DNA of 64,000 nt from a virus (Duplodnaviria > Caudoviricetes): the IMG/VR virus record IMGVR_UViG_3300035208_005087, positions 32,001 through 96,000 of that record; one strand, given 5' to 3'. This document shows positions 1 through 8,793 of the stretch, in pieces (positions within the stretch are counted from its first letter, which is position 1; every line of letters starts with the position of its first letter). The position numbers and the translations under genes were made by a program. The notes beneath the pieces are model-generated. The model ran no database searches and was not told the origin of the DNA. It saw nothing but the letters and a program-made list of their open reading frames with translations.

Positions 1-871
1 ACGCCCAGCCTATGGACCTGTCATAAAAATGTACGGACAGTAAATCATCTGCAGCCTGCTCCGTTCCTGTGATAAGCTCAAAATTGAACATATCCTGAGA
101 GCGCAATACAGTACCACGACTTCCTACAACGACCACCAACCCCTGGTCTACGATAGCTATACTATGCAAGTCATCAGCCACCGGTAGCCCGATTTTAGCC
201 CAAGAGACCCCTTCGTTATCCGTTTTGTACAAGGACCCCCCGTCTCCTACTAAAAGTCCAGTTTTTTGTGTAAGAAACTGGATATCCCTAATAGTGTAGG
301 ATGTCGGTGCCGGTTGGGTTAGCCAGGTCACCCCACCATTGGTAGTCTTCAACAAGATACCGTTTTCCCCTACCGCCCACGCTTTGTTTTCGTCTACCAC
401 CCACACACTTCGTAGCGTACCTACTATGCTCGTATCGGTGGGTGTGGTGACTCCTGCCATCTGGTCATCTACTAAACCTCTCCACACCTCTAAAAATACT
501 CCATCCGCCCTTGATCCTGCGACCAAAGGAAACTCGGATAAGTCTATCTTATTAGAGTGCTCTTCCGTTGTGTTGGTGTTCGCAACATACACCGGCCATC
601 CGTTTACCATCGCCATTTCGGGTTCTGCCGTTTTCGGGTTTTGGGTATAAAACACTTCACCAAGGCCTGGCTCCGCATAAGGTTTTTTCATAGACACCCA
701 ACCAGAGCCTCGAAAAGACGCTGTCTTCTTGGTCAAGTCCTGCTGCAGTTGTTGTCCCAAGTTTAACTCGGAATCCAGTATGGGTCGCCCAGCCTGAAAC
801 ACCACCGAGTCAAAATTATAGTTCTCACTATTAAAAGTATGGGAAACGTCTTGTCCTAAATTCTTTGTCAT
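1..871 (-). CDS. Partial (runs off window) baseplate/fibre protein: DUF4815/DUF6519-like N-terminus plus YCF48/BNR-type beta-propeller repeats
   Basis: Not in the ORF track; translated by hand from ATG at 871: MTKNLGQDVSHTF...VVFQAGRPILDSELN..., then blades WAVGENGILLKTTNGGVTW, LVGDGGSLYKTDNEGVSW, VVGSRGTVLRSQD. The frame is open to the window edge. Confidence 0.75.
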   Translation of the reverse strand, partial: MTKNLGQDVSHTFNSENYNFDSVVFQAGRPILDSELNLGQQLQQDLTKKTASFRGSGWVSMKKPYAEPGLGEVFYTQNPKTAEPEMAMVNGWPVYVANTNTTEEHSNKIDLSEFPLVAGSRADGVFLEVWRGLVDDQMAGVTTPTDTSIVGTLRSVWVVDENKAWAVGENGILLKTTNGGVTWLTQPAPTSYTIRDIQFLTQKTGLLVGDGGSLYKTDNEGVSWAKIGLPVADDLHSIAIVDQGLVVVVGSRGTVLRSQDMFNFELITGTEQAADDLLSVHFYDRSIGWA

Positions 872-886
872 TTTTTATACCCGTAT

Positions 887-3800
887 TCAATTTGTTTCTG
901 CTGAAGCATCTACTAAAATGCTGTTACTACCTACCACCAAACTCTCAGTAACCCCTGCCTTTATATCCGCAGCATAGTCTTCCCCAGGCTCTAAAAAGGT
1001 ATAATATGTCGCAGAATACTCCTTGGTCTGAGGAGGTGTCCCATCCGTTGTGCTTACGATTATTCTACCATCTGCTAGGATATATGACCGACCAAGTGCT
1101 GTGGAAACGTCCAAAGGGCTCCCCGCTGTTACTAAGGCCCTCTCGTTCTCATACACAGCCCTAAATAAATTAACATCACCCCCGCCATCTACCGTACCAT
1201 AATTTAGCACAGGACGCAAAGACACATAGGAGGTCACTCCACGATTAGCATTGGTGTTGTAAACCACAAAGTCGGCAAAGCCTAAGTAATCCATTTGGAT
1301 CAAAGAACCGTTTTGTTTCATCATCCTTGGGATCGGTAAGTGTACCGTTCGTACTCCTGGCACATCCTTTACCATCTTTATCATGTCATCTAGGTTTATG
1401 CCCTCACCCACCTTTAATGAACTTATGTGGTTAGCGAGTATTGTCTGTATTTTACTTTTAACAACATCCTCGGAAAATCCTCGTTCTCTTATCACCTGTA
1501 TAGCAATGTCTACGAAATTCTGGATACACCCCTTCACCGCGATGTCTGCTGTACTATTGCGGGCACTTTCTAAAGCCTCTTGTACCCTCTGTAAGGCCTC
1601 ATTTACTGTGTAGGTCACTGTGAGATTTTGAGAGTGACTGTAAGACAGATACACCTGTGAACCTGCCCTGATTTTGCTGAAAGGCTGTAAGTACAAATAT
1701 GTGTACCCCTGAAGTCCACCCTTCCCTATAGTATAATCCACGTCTCTCTGGTACACATAAAAACCTTCACTATCCGCAGACACCACTAAAGAGTCCGCAT
1801 CTACCCCTTTCTTGACAATGCGTATAGGCTGCGTACTTAAGAATAAATAGGCCTCCGCCGTTACTTGCCTTGTGGACTCCGAGGGAAACCCATTATAAAA
1901 CTCTATGGCTACGCCATCCCTAGCCTTAGTGGAATTCCCTAAAAGCAACGGGTCCTCTAATTTGACAAGGCTATAGCTTTCCGTGGGTAACTCCCCATCT
2001 ATATCCCCCACTACAGAGACAATAGCATTCACAGGCTGGTTCTCCAGCACATAAGTATTAGACCCCCTAAACCGGTAGTCCACTTCTATAACATCTAAGG
2101 TAGCCATGCCTATAGACAAGTTTTTAGAGTTTTGAGCAAGCTGAATGCTATCCCCGCTGCCCGTGCCCACTAAAGCCCCTGCTGTATCGTACGCCGCCCC
2201 CCTTGTCACATTAACTACTTTCACTACCTCAAAGATAGGAGTAGAGGGTGTCACAAGAGAGTTATTCGTCCGGACCCTGAATAGATTTGCATCTTCTACA
2301 AAGAATTTTTCGCCAGCATTAGTCCCTGCCGGCCCGTCATAACTAAAGGCTATAATATCCTGTCTTTCTCCCAATATGGAGCTTTCCACATACACATCGA
2401 CTGTGCCACCTAGGTGCCTCCCCGTGTCGGGGTCCTTATCCCTCAGCATGTCCTCATCCCCTGACTGGACTACCCTAGCAGAACGCACCCCTGGAACACT
2501 TAAAGCTCTTAGCAGTATGCCTGTCTTAGTACCTGTGTCCAGCCCTGCAATTGCAAGCTGCGCTCTGTTTGCTAAGGAAAGGTTTGACTCTCGGTTCGTC
2601 CCTCCAAAAGTAGGACTGACATTCGTCACTCTGTAGCGAGAATCCGCCCCTGATACGATTTGGTTTATGGCACCCACGGGCACATTCCCTAAAGACCCAG
2701 CAGCATAGGATACTATCTCTACTTCGATCTCGTATCGCTGTTCTACTGGATTAAAGTAATTCTGTTTATTAGACTCATAAATCTTTTTAGTCCCTAATAC
2801 TATGAATCGTATAGCGGACCCATTAGTCCCGAACCCTGGACCCGTGGATAGCACCGCCCCATCGTTTATCACTAACCCCTCTGGAGGGACATCGGATGCG
2901 TACAGTAACGCCCTGCCTCTAGAGGGTTGGGCCTTTAAGCGGGTTATCTCATGGTTGGCAGCCTTCTTGTCGAAAAAAGAATCTATAAGCGCCTGTACCG
3001 CATTAGAGTCGGGCATCTTAAGAGCGCTCTTTAGTCTAGATTTCTTAATGGAAGTGTCTACAGGGTCCGACACTCCGTCCCCGTTTTCATCATCGAATTG
3101 GGCTAGGGTCTTAATGGAGGCTGTCTGTGCATAGAAGTCTTGTATGACGTAGTAGCTAGCAAACTCCTCACTAACAGGGTCTAAAATATCCCGATACACT
3201 GAAGATGGGATTAAGTTGGCGTCTTTGTTTTTGCCTCCTAGAATGCGTTGGATCATAGAACTAATTATCTGTTCTCTTGACCTCTCGGGCACATTACTGG
3301 GAGTTGCCGCAAAAGTTATAAATTTACCACTCACCTCTGTTGAATAGGGACTCTCGACTAGGTACCCCAACGTAGGCTCGTACACAATGGATGTAACTGT
3401 AAAGTAGAACACGGATTGATTGTCGTACGTAGAACTAGCTAGTAACCCTGTGGCTACCAACTCATCAAGCAGGCTTTTGTCTAAACGAAAGGTAAACTCC
3501 TCTCCTTTTAGCAACCCGCTCACCTTCGTCTCTACCACTAGTCCGTCCACTTCTGAAGACACCGACCGGATAGGGGCGGATATCTGTCTCGTCCCTGTGG
3601 GGAACTCTACATAGGAAGAGTTCATCAGACTATAACCACCAGCACCCCCGCCTGGAGTGTTAGACACATAGAAATTATACCCTATCAGATCCCCCGTATA
3701 GTTCTCAACAGAAACCCCTGCGCAGGCTACTTCTAAGTATTGGTTGTTTCTGCGTACTAATACACCCGTTGGTACTGGAGCTGATAGTATCCTGTCCGCT

Positions 3801-4174
3801 ATGGTAGTTAACGTCATCTTTATGTAAGTAGGTAGGCTTATCTCACCTGTCTCTGCGTCCATCGCAATAAACTCTACACATAAAGTATTACCTGGGGTCC
3901 ATGGCGCCCCTAGTACAGATGCCTTAAACGACCACGGGTATGGTGCCCCTGTGTCGAGTAAATCACCATCCTTGACCACTGTTATGGCTTCTTGTAAGTA
4001 CTCTCCCGTATAATTAGGGATCTCTCCTGTTCTCTCGTCTATGATGTCATATCTATAGCGGACATCGTTAGCCTCCGAGGATACTATTGTCCCCGAGACT
4101 ATTTGAGACTTTGAGGTAGTACGGAAGTTGTCGGTACTAGTGGGTATTAAAATTTGAGGAGCACTGATCGCCAT
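887..4174 (-). CDS. Baseplate wedge protein, baseplate J/gp47-like, with N-terminal FN3-like extension (1095 aa)
   Basis: J-family motifs: ITRLKAQPSRG, AAGSLGNVPVGAI, GGTNRESNLSLANR, ALSVPGVRSARV, GGTVDVYV, VKDVPGVRTV. Located in the baseplate module. Confidence 0.85.
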   Translation of the reverse strand: MAISAPQILIPTSTDNFRTTSKSQIVSGTIVSSEANDVRYRYDIIDERTGEIPNYTGEYLQEAITVVKDGDLLDTGAPYPWSFKASVLGAPWTPGNTLCVEFIAMDAETGEISLPTYIKMTLTTIADRILSAPVPTGVLVRRNNQYLEVACAGVSVENYTGDLIGYNFYVSNTPGGGAGGYSLMNSSYVEFPTGTRQISAPIRSVSSEVDGLVVETKVSGLLKGEEFTFRLDKSLLDELVATGLLASSTYDNQSVFYFTVTSIVYEPTLGYLVESPYSTEVSGKFITFAATPSNVPERSREQIISSMIQRILGGKNKDANLIPSSVYRDILDPVSEEFASYYVIQDFYAQTASIKTLAQFDDENGDGVSDPVDTSIKKSRLKSALKMPDSNAVQALIDSFFDKKAANHEITRLKAQPSRGRALLYASDVPPEGLVINDGAVLSTGPGFGTNGSAIRFIVLGTKKIYESNKQNYFNPVEQRYEIEVEIVSYAAGSLGNVPVGAINQIVSGADSRYRVTNVSPTFGGTNRESNLSLANRAQLAIAGLDTGTKTGILLRALSVPGVRSARVVQSGDEDMLRDKDPDTGRHLGGTVDVYVESSILGERQDIIAFSYDGPAGTNAGEKFFVEDANLFRVRTNNSLVTPSTPIFEVVKVVNVTRGAAYDTAGALVGTGSGDSIQLAQNSKNLSIGMATLDVIEVDYRFRGSNTYVLENQPVNAIVSVVGDIDGELPTESYSLVKLEDPLLLGNSTKARDGVAIEFYNGFPSESTRQVTAEAYLFLSTQPIRIVKKGVDADSLVVSADSEGFYVYQRDVDYTIGKGGLQGYTYLYLQPFSKIRAGSQVYLSYSHSQNLTVTYTVNEALQRVQEALESARNSTADIAVKGCIQNFVDIAIQVIRERGFSEDVVKSKIQTILANHISSLKVGEGINLDDMIKMVKDVPGVRTVHLPIPRMMKQNGSLIQMDYLGFADFVVYNTNANRGVTSYVSLRPVLNYGTVDGGGDVNLFRAVYENERALVTAGSPLDVSTALGRSYILADGRIIVSTTDGTPPQTKEYSATYYTFLEPGEDYAADIKAGVTESLVVGSNSILVDASAETN

Positions 4175-4176
4175 AA

Positions 4177-4917
4177 TTATCTAGCCCTATATTGTGTAAG
4201 TTCAAGTATCTGCTCATAGTCCAAACTCGCCCCGCTTTGGCTGGTGTACTGAACATACAAGTTAATCACCGAGGGGTCTTTCCCATCCTGTGTGGCCCTC
4301 ACTACTTCTATTGCATCGAGCACCTCATCGCCACTCACTTCAGGGTTTGCTTCCTGATGCTTTATCTGTACCCTTTTTAAGTTGCCCAAAGCGTTCTGGG
4401 CTCTAAATTCTATTTCTCTAAGAAGCACCGACACGTCCGTAATCTTGGACCCCAATAGTGTGGATATACCGCTACCCACCCAGGAATAATACTTGTTAGT
4501 GCCTACAGTCGTGATAATGGCCTTTTCCACACTTTGTGACAAGAGAGCTGTACCGCTTAATGTACGAACCACTCCAGGGGCGTCCTCTGCCAAGTCGTCC
4601 ACAAAACCTACACCCAGACACTTAGGACAAAAATTTATGTAAGTATAGTAATCCACGGTGTATAGGGCTCCGTCATATAGCTCTGGTTCGTTCAATAATA
4701 TCTTGTGGTATTTGTTTTCAAAAAGGAGCTGCTTGTCTTGTCTTAGCGTGTAACGAGTGGGAGAAACTTCCTCTCCAAACCGGTACAGAGAGACGGAAGC
4801 CTTTATGGATATGGGTAATTCTGGAGACAAAGTTATTCCATCTGGCCCCAAAACCAGGATCTCTCCTAGCAGTCTGTGGTCACATGTGTTTTGTATTCTG
4901 ATGTCTCGTGTTGCCAT
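4177..4917 (-). CDS. gp25/GpW-like baseplate wedge (sheath initiator) protein with a Cys/His zinc-site-like insertion
   Basis: LSQSVEKAIITTVGTNKYYSWVGSGISTLLG resembles the gp25 core; also TCDH and CPKC. Lies directly upstream of the J-like gene. Confidence 0.7.
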   Translation of the reverse strand: MATRDIRIQNTCDHRLLGEILVLGPDGITLSPELPISIKASVSLYRFGEEVSPTRYTLRQDKQLLFENKYHKILLNEPELYDGALYTVDYYTYINFCPKCLGVGFVDDLAEDAPGVVRTLSGTALLSQSVEKAIITTVGTNKYYSWVGSGISTLLGSKITDVSVLLREIEFRAQNALGNLKRVQIKHQEANPEVSGDEVLDAIEVVRATQDGKDPSVINLYVQYTSQSGASLDYEQILELTQYRAR

Positions 4918-4979
4918 ATAAAATGTAGGTTCTACCCAAGGGACATTCCTGGAGTTTTTATCTTTTTCTTCTGTTTTGG

Positions 4980-4992
4980 ATTAGGAGATTAT
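4980..4992 (-). promoter_or_regulatory. Putative late promoter motif ATAATCTCCTAAT
   Basis: Exact match to recurrent intergenic motif ATAATCTNNTAAT, upstream of the gp25-like gene. Confidence 0.65.
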
Positions 4993-4993
4993 C

Positions 4994-6121
4994 CTACGAG
5001 GACTGGTCTTCTGCTGCCAAGGACTTAAGGTCTGTTATCACTTTTTCCATATCCTTGAGATACCTTTTTACACCCTCTGATGTTTCACACCCTGACAAGG
5101 ATCTTTTTAGAGATGCGAACTTATTCTCTAAAAACACTACTTTTCTCTTTTTCTCTTCATCGTCATATTGCCTAATAGACTTCTTGAACCGGTTCTCTAG
5201 CATCTTATACTCGTATGAGGCTAGCACTTCAAGACCCTTTCCTTTTTGAAATACCTTTGTCTCTGCTGCAGCCCTTTCCAACTTCCCTGCCTCTTCTGCA
5301 CCTTGCACGCGCGCCCTTGTTAGTTGGTCATTGGTGAGGGCGGTTCTTCGCCTATTACAGAAATTGGACGAGTACGGCGCCTGCTTAGCTAGTAGCCAGT
5401 TATTGAAATCGGAAACTTTTTTAGACACAGCATCTACGGGTGCCGGAGTCAACCCCATTACTACGGCGTTTAACCCTATGGGAGTGCTTGAGCGGTCTCC
5501 TGTCATAACCGTATAGGCATATCTAGCCATTTCTTTCTTTTCCTTCTGTAACTCCTGAAGCTGTTGTAACTCCGCATCTCTAAGTATTTGTTCTTCTTTC
5601 GATATGGAGTCTATTATCCGTGCATTCTCTAATGAATACAAGGCCCCTTGTGCTCTATTGTTTGCAGAACTAGCCGTTCCCATATTACTCACCTGCCAAA
5701 CTTTCTTCATTATTTCCTGGTACCTCTTCAGCATAGCCTCCTGCGCTTTATGCACACTGTCCACTACATCGGGATTGTTCAGCAAACCTATCGCAGGTAG
5801 GCACTCAAACTTATCTAATTTATTTTGACTAAGGTATACCAATTCTTCTGGAAAGGTATTGAGGTATCGGTCCCTTATCTTCTTTATTTTAGCTTTTATG
5901 GTATATACCGCCTGCCCTATAGGTAATTCCCCCGCGGGTAAATCTTGATCCCTATCTCCCCACTCTAACTTTACCCCTAGCACTTTAGTCCAATCCCATT
6001 TGGATAAACCTGTCAGGTTATACTGAGCCAACATTTCGGAGACATCACTAAGGGCTTCCAATACCTTGAAAGCCTCCTTACTCAATATATCCAGTCTTTC
6101 TAATGGATCTATCTTAGCCAC
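4994..6121 (-). CDS. Hypothetical helical/coiled-coil protein (375 aa)
   Basis: Long ORF in operon with a GGAG SD; no recognisable motif. Confidence 0.7.
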   Translation of the reverse strand: MAKIDPLERLDILSKEAFKVLEALSDVSEMLAQYNLTGLSKWDWTKVLGVKLEWGDRDQDLPAGELPIGQAVYTIKAKIKKIRDRYLNTFPEELVYLSQNKLDKFECLPAIGLLNNPDVVDSVHKAQEAMLKRYQEIMKKVWQVSNMGTASSANNRAQGALYSLENARIIDSISKEEQILRDAELQQLQELQKEKKEMARYAYTVMTGDRSSTPIGLNAVVMGLTPAPVDAVSKKVSDFNNWLLAKQAPYSSNFCNRRRTALTNDQLTRARVQGAEEAGKLERAAAETKVFQKGKGLEVLASYEYKMLENRFKKSIRQYDDEEKKRKVVFLENKFASLKRSLSGCETSEGVKRYLKDMEKVITDLKSLAAEDQSS

Positions 6122-6123
6122 TA

Positions 6124-6645
6124 CTATCTCCCCGTCTCTGTTGTCTCATTGTCTTTGCGTACTGCGGTTCTTTCCTCTTTTAACTTCCGTAGCTGTTCCA
6201 ACATTTGATTCGCTTTCAACCTGGAACACAGTATCTTGTAGTTTATTCTTCTAAGAAAAGAATCCTCATTTTTAAGCTGCTTTAGTAACTCACCATACCC
6301 TATGTTAACATCTTGATCCCCCACTGCCACCAAGGACTGCTTACCCGTCTTAGTGTTTTCCGTGTAGTCCAAAGTACCCAGCTTTGCCGGCGCCGCTAAT
6401 CTGTTTGCAGCCGAAAATCCTGGCAGGGTACGAAAGGCATCTGACTTTGGCCCCAAGAAACCGAGCTTAGTCAAATATCTGTCCTCCACCTTTTTTAGTT
6501 TGGCTATTAGATCTAGTTGTGTCTGTATATCTCCCTCTAGCGTTTCCACCGCCCGCATTCTTTCACTATAAGACGTACGGGCCATACGTAGGAGCCACTC
6601 ATACCTTTGAGCCTGATAGGTGTCTGTTAGCTTACCATAGAGCAT
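6124..6645 (-). CDS. Hypothetical helical protein (173 aa)
   Basis: ORF translationally coupled (TAATG overlap) to the upstream gene. Confidence 0.7.
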   Translation of the reverse strand: MLYGKLTDTYQAQRYEWLLRMARTSYSERMRAVETLEGDIQTQLDLIAKLKKVEDRYLTKLGFLGPKSDAFRTLPGFSAANRLAAPAKLGTLDYTENTKTGKQSLVAVGDQDVNIGYGELLKQLKNEDSFLRRINYKILCSRLKANQMLEQLRKLKEERTAVRKDNETTETGR

Positions 6646-8489
6646 TAGGATCCTCCGGAAACGAGACTTGTTAAGAACTCCAAAGTTTTTTGGGCGTACT
6701 TTGTGGAAGTTTCTAATGTATCCCCTATAAGACCATTATCTAACTCTTTTCTCCGGGCCACATCATAAGCTTTTTTCGCCCGCTCAAATTGTCCTGCCCT
6801 TTTTATTTTGGAAACCTCGTCTTTAGAGGCACCCCCTAATCTGTCTAAGGATTCCAAAGTGATTGCTCCTGTAAGTAGTACCGCTCCGGCACACACCGAG
6901 CACAGGTTTCCTTGAAAAGGGTTAGGGGCCTCCTCATCGAATGCCCCACTTGCTGCAGCTCCCCCACCCAAGGAAACCGCACTAGGCAATCTTGCTGCAT
7001 TAAATCTTCTCCTAAACCCCTCTACTCCTCCCCTTTCCACGGGTATCGTTAGCACCATGGCTGAACCACTCAACTGCAAAGCTCTTAACGAGTCTAAAAT
7101 AGCTTTTAGTTTCTCAAGAAATTCCGCTATCTTTTTTACCCACCTTTCTAGAGCATCCAGAAAGGTGCTGTAGTGTTGTGAGTTTGAGACGGCCACGGCC
7201 TCAAAGCGTAAAGATATATCACTCAGCCCATTCAGTATAGCGTCTAGGCTTTCCCCTATTAACCCCCTTAATGAGATGTTACTCCAATAGGGCGGGTCTC
7301 CCGTGGCCACACCTTGTAATAACCCATCGGGAGTTTCGTAGCTACTTTCAGCATAACTCTCGGGTACACAAGAAGTCGCCCGAGCTGATGTAAAACCCCC
7401 TATAGTCTCATCCTCTACATACTCCCCGTTTTTATCCTTCAGCAGAGGCGCTACCTTATAAAAGTACATTTCCCCGTTGATTACCTCAAAGTCAGTATAG
7501 GACATGTTCTCCTTAGACCCTTTTATTAATATGGGGTTACCATTGTTGAACGCAAAGTCTCTATACACCCTTAAAGGCTTATTTGCATTTACCCAACTAT
7601 CCGCAGATACTTTTTTGTCCTCTTCAGGGTATTCCCCCTCTAAAGTCTTACTCCGGTATACGCGGTACCCCTCTATGGGGATCCCCTTAGGAGACGACCA
7701 AGTTATTTTTATAGCAGGTTCTTTTACCCCAAAAATAGAGGAAGTTAGAAAACCCCCTACAGACCCCCCAAAACTGGGCATTTCCGATTTATAAAATAAA
7801 CCTGGCGTTGCTGTCAAATTCGCTACAGGGGACAACTTTTGAGATTCATTTTTAAAAAATTTAGCTAAGACCTGCAAGTCTTTTAATAAGTCCCCAATGT
7901 TGCTGGCCCCTACTAAAGCTATTACAACGCCCCCTATGTAGTCCCCCTCATAAAAAACAGGACGATTAGGGTCCGATTTATTTGTTAAGGCGTGATCGAC
8001 TTTGGCCTTAAACTCCGGAAAACCCCCTGATGGAGAATCTGGTGAAAATGGAGAAATACTCGGGGTCACCAAAAGGCCGTACACACCTGTCGAGGATAAG
8101 CTCACGGCGATTTCCTCGAGTGACTTTAAAATAGCTTTTATCGCTACATTCAGGGCTGTGAATAAACTGTTTACATCTGACTGGAAAGCGTTAATGATTG
8201 TTCCTATGGTTTTTACTATCTCTAGGGACAGTTCCACAGTACTTATGATATTGGACAACCCTGTTAAAGTCTTTCCTACTATAGACCCTGCTGCAGAGTC
8301 CGGGTCTAGGGGCATCCCTAACGATACTCCTCCTGAATACCCCCTCCACCTGTCCTCTGTGCCAGCACCTTGCCCCCCAGAGGGTGTTGGAACACTGCGG
8401 GCTTCGGCCCTTTCTTTTCCTTCCAATGAGCCTATGGGCACCACGACGGCTGATGGGGCATTCTTATCGTATTCAAAGTTACCCTGCAT
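6645..8489 (-). CDS. Baseplate-region protein with a central FN3-like domain flanked by duplicated helical modules (~614 aa)
   Basis: FN3 signature IKITWSSP...GYRVYRS...YTD...GEMYFYKVAP. Start moved from 8555 to the ATG at 8489 (MQGNF), which follows a G-rich SD (GAAGGGGGG). Confidence 0.65.
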   Translation of the reverse strand: MQGNFEYDKNAPSAVVVPIGSLEGKERAEARSVPTPSGGQGAGTEDRWRGYSGGVSLGMPLDPDSAAGSIVGKTLTGLSNIISTVELSLEIVKTIGTIINAFQSDVNSLFTALNVAIKAILKSLEEIAVSLSSTGVYGLLVTPSISPFSPDSPSGGFPEFKAKVDHALTNKSDPNRPVFYEGDYIGGVVIALVGASNIGDLLKDLQVLAKFFKNESQKLSPVANLTATPGLFYKSEMPSFGGSVGGFLTSSIFGVKEPAIKITWSSPKGIPIEGYRVYRSKTLEGEYPEEDKKVSADSWVNANKPLRVYRDFAFNNGNPILIKGSKENMSYTDFEVINGEMYFYKVAPLLKDKNGEYVEDETIGGFTSARATSCVPESYAESSYETPDGLLQGVATGDPPYWSNISLRGLIGESLDAILNGLSDISLRFEAVAVSNSQHYSTFLDALERWVKKIAEFLEKLKAILDSLRALQLSGSAMVLTIPVERGGVEGFRRRFNAARLPSAVSLGGGAAASGAFDEEAPNPFQGNLCSVCAGAVLLTGAITLESLDRLGGASKDEVSKIKRAGQFERAKKAYDVARRKELDNGLIGDTLETSTKYAQKTLEFLTSLVSGGS

Positions 8490-8793
8490 GTGCCCCCCTT
8501 CGTAGGTGCCGTATGTTCTCTTTTTTTTCTTCACTGATCTTCGAGACCAATGCAATAAGATGCTGAATAAGGTTTATTACAGGTGATGGTGGTGCTTCTG
8601 TGGCCCGGAACCACCGAGCCCCACATTCGCCTTCCACGCCTTCAGCACCCGTTTCGCCTCGGACACCTGTTGCTCCCACAGCCCCTACATCCCCTTGCAC
8701 GCCTTGAGCACCTGGAGTAACACCTTGGATCCCTTTCACGCCTTGAGCACCTAGAGCTACACCTTGAATTCCTTTTAAATTGTTACTCATCAC
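8479..8793 (-). CDS. Short collagen-like protein (104 aa)
   Basis: Gly-X-Y run GAQGVQGDVGAVGATGVRGETGAEGVEGECGA; GGGAGG SD upstream; fills the gap between neighbours. Confidence 0.6.
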   Translation of the reverse strand: MMSNNLKGIQGVALGAQGVKGIQGVTPGAQGVQGDVGAVGATGVRGETGAEGVEGECGARWFRATEAPPSPVINLIQHLIALVSKISEEKKENIRHLRRGAHAG

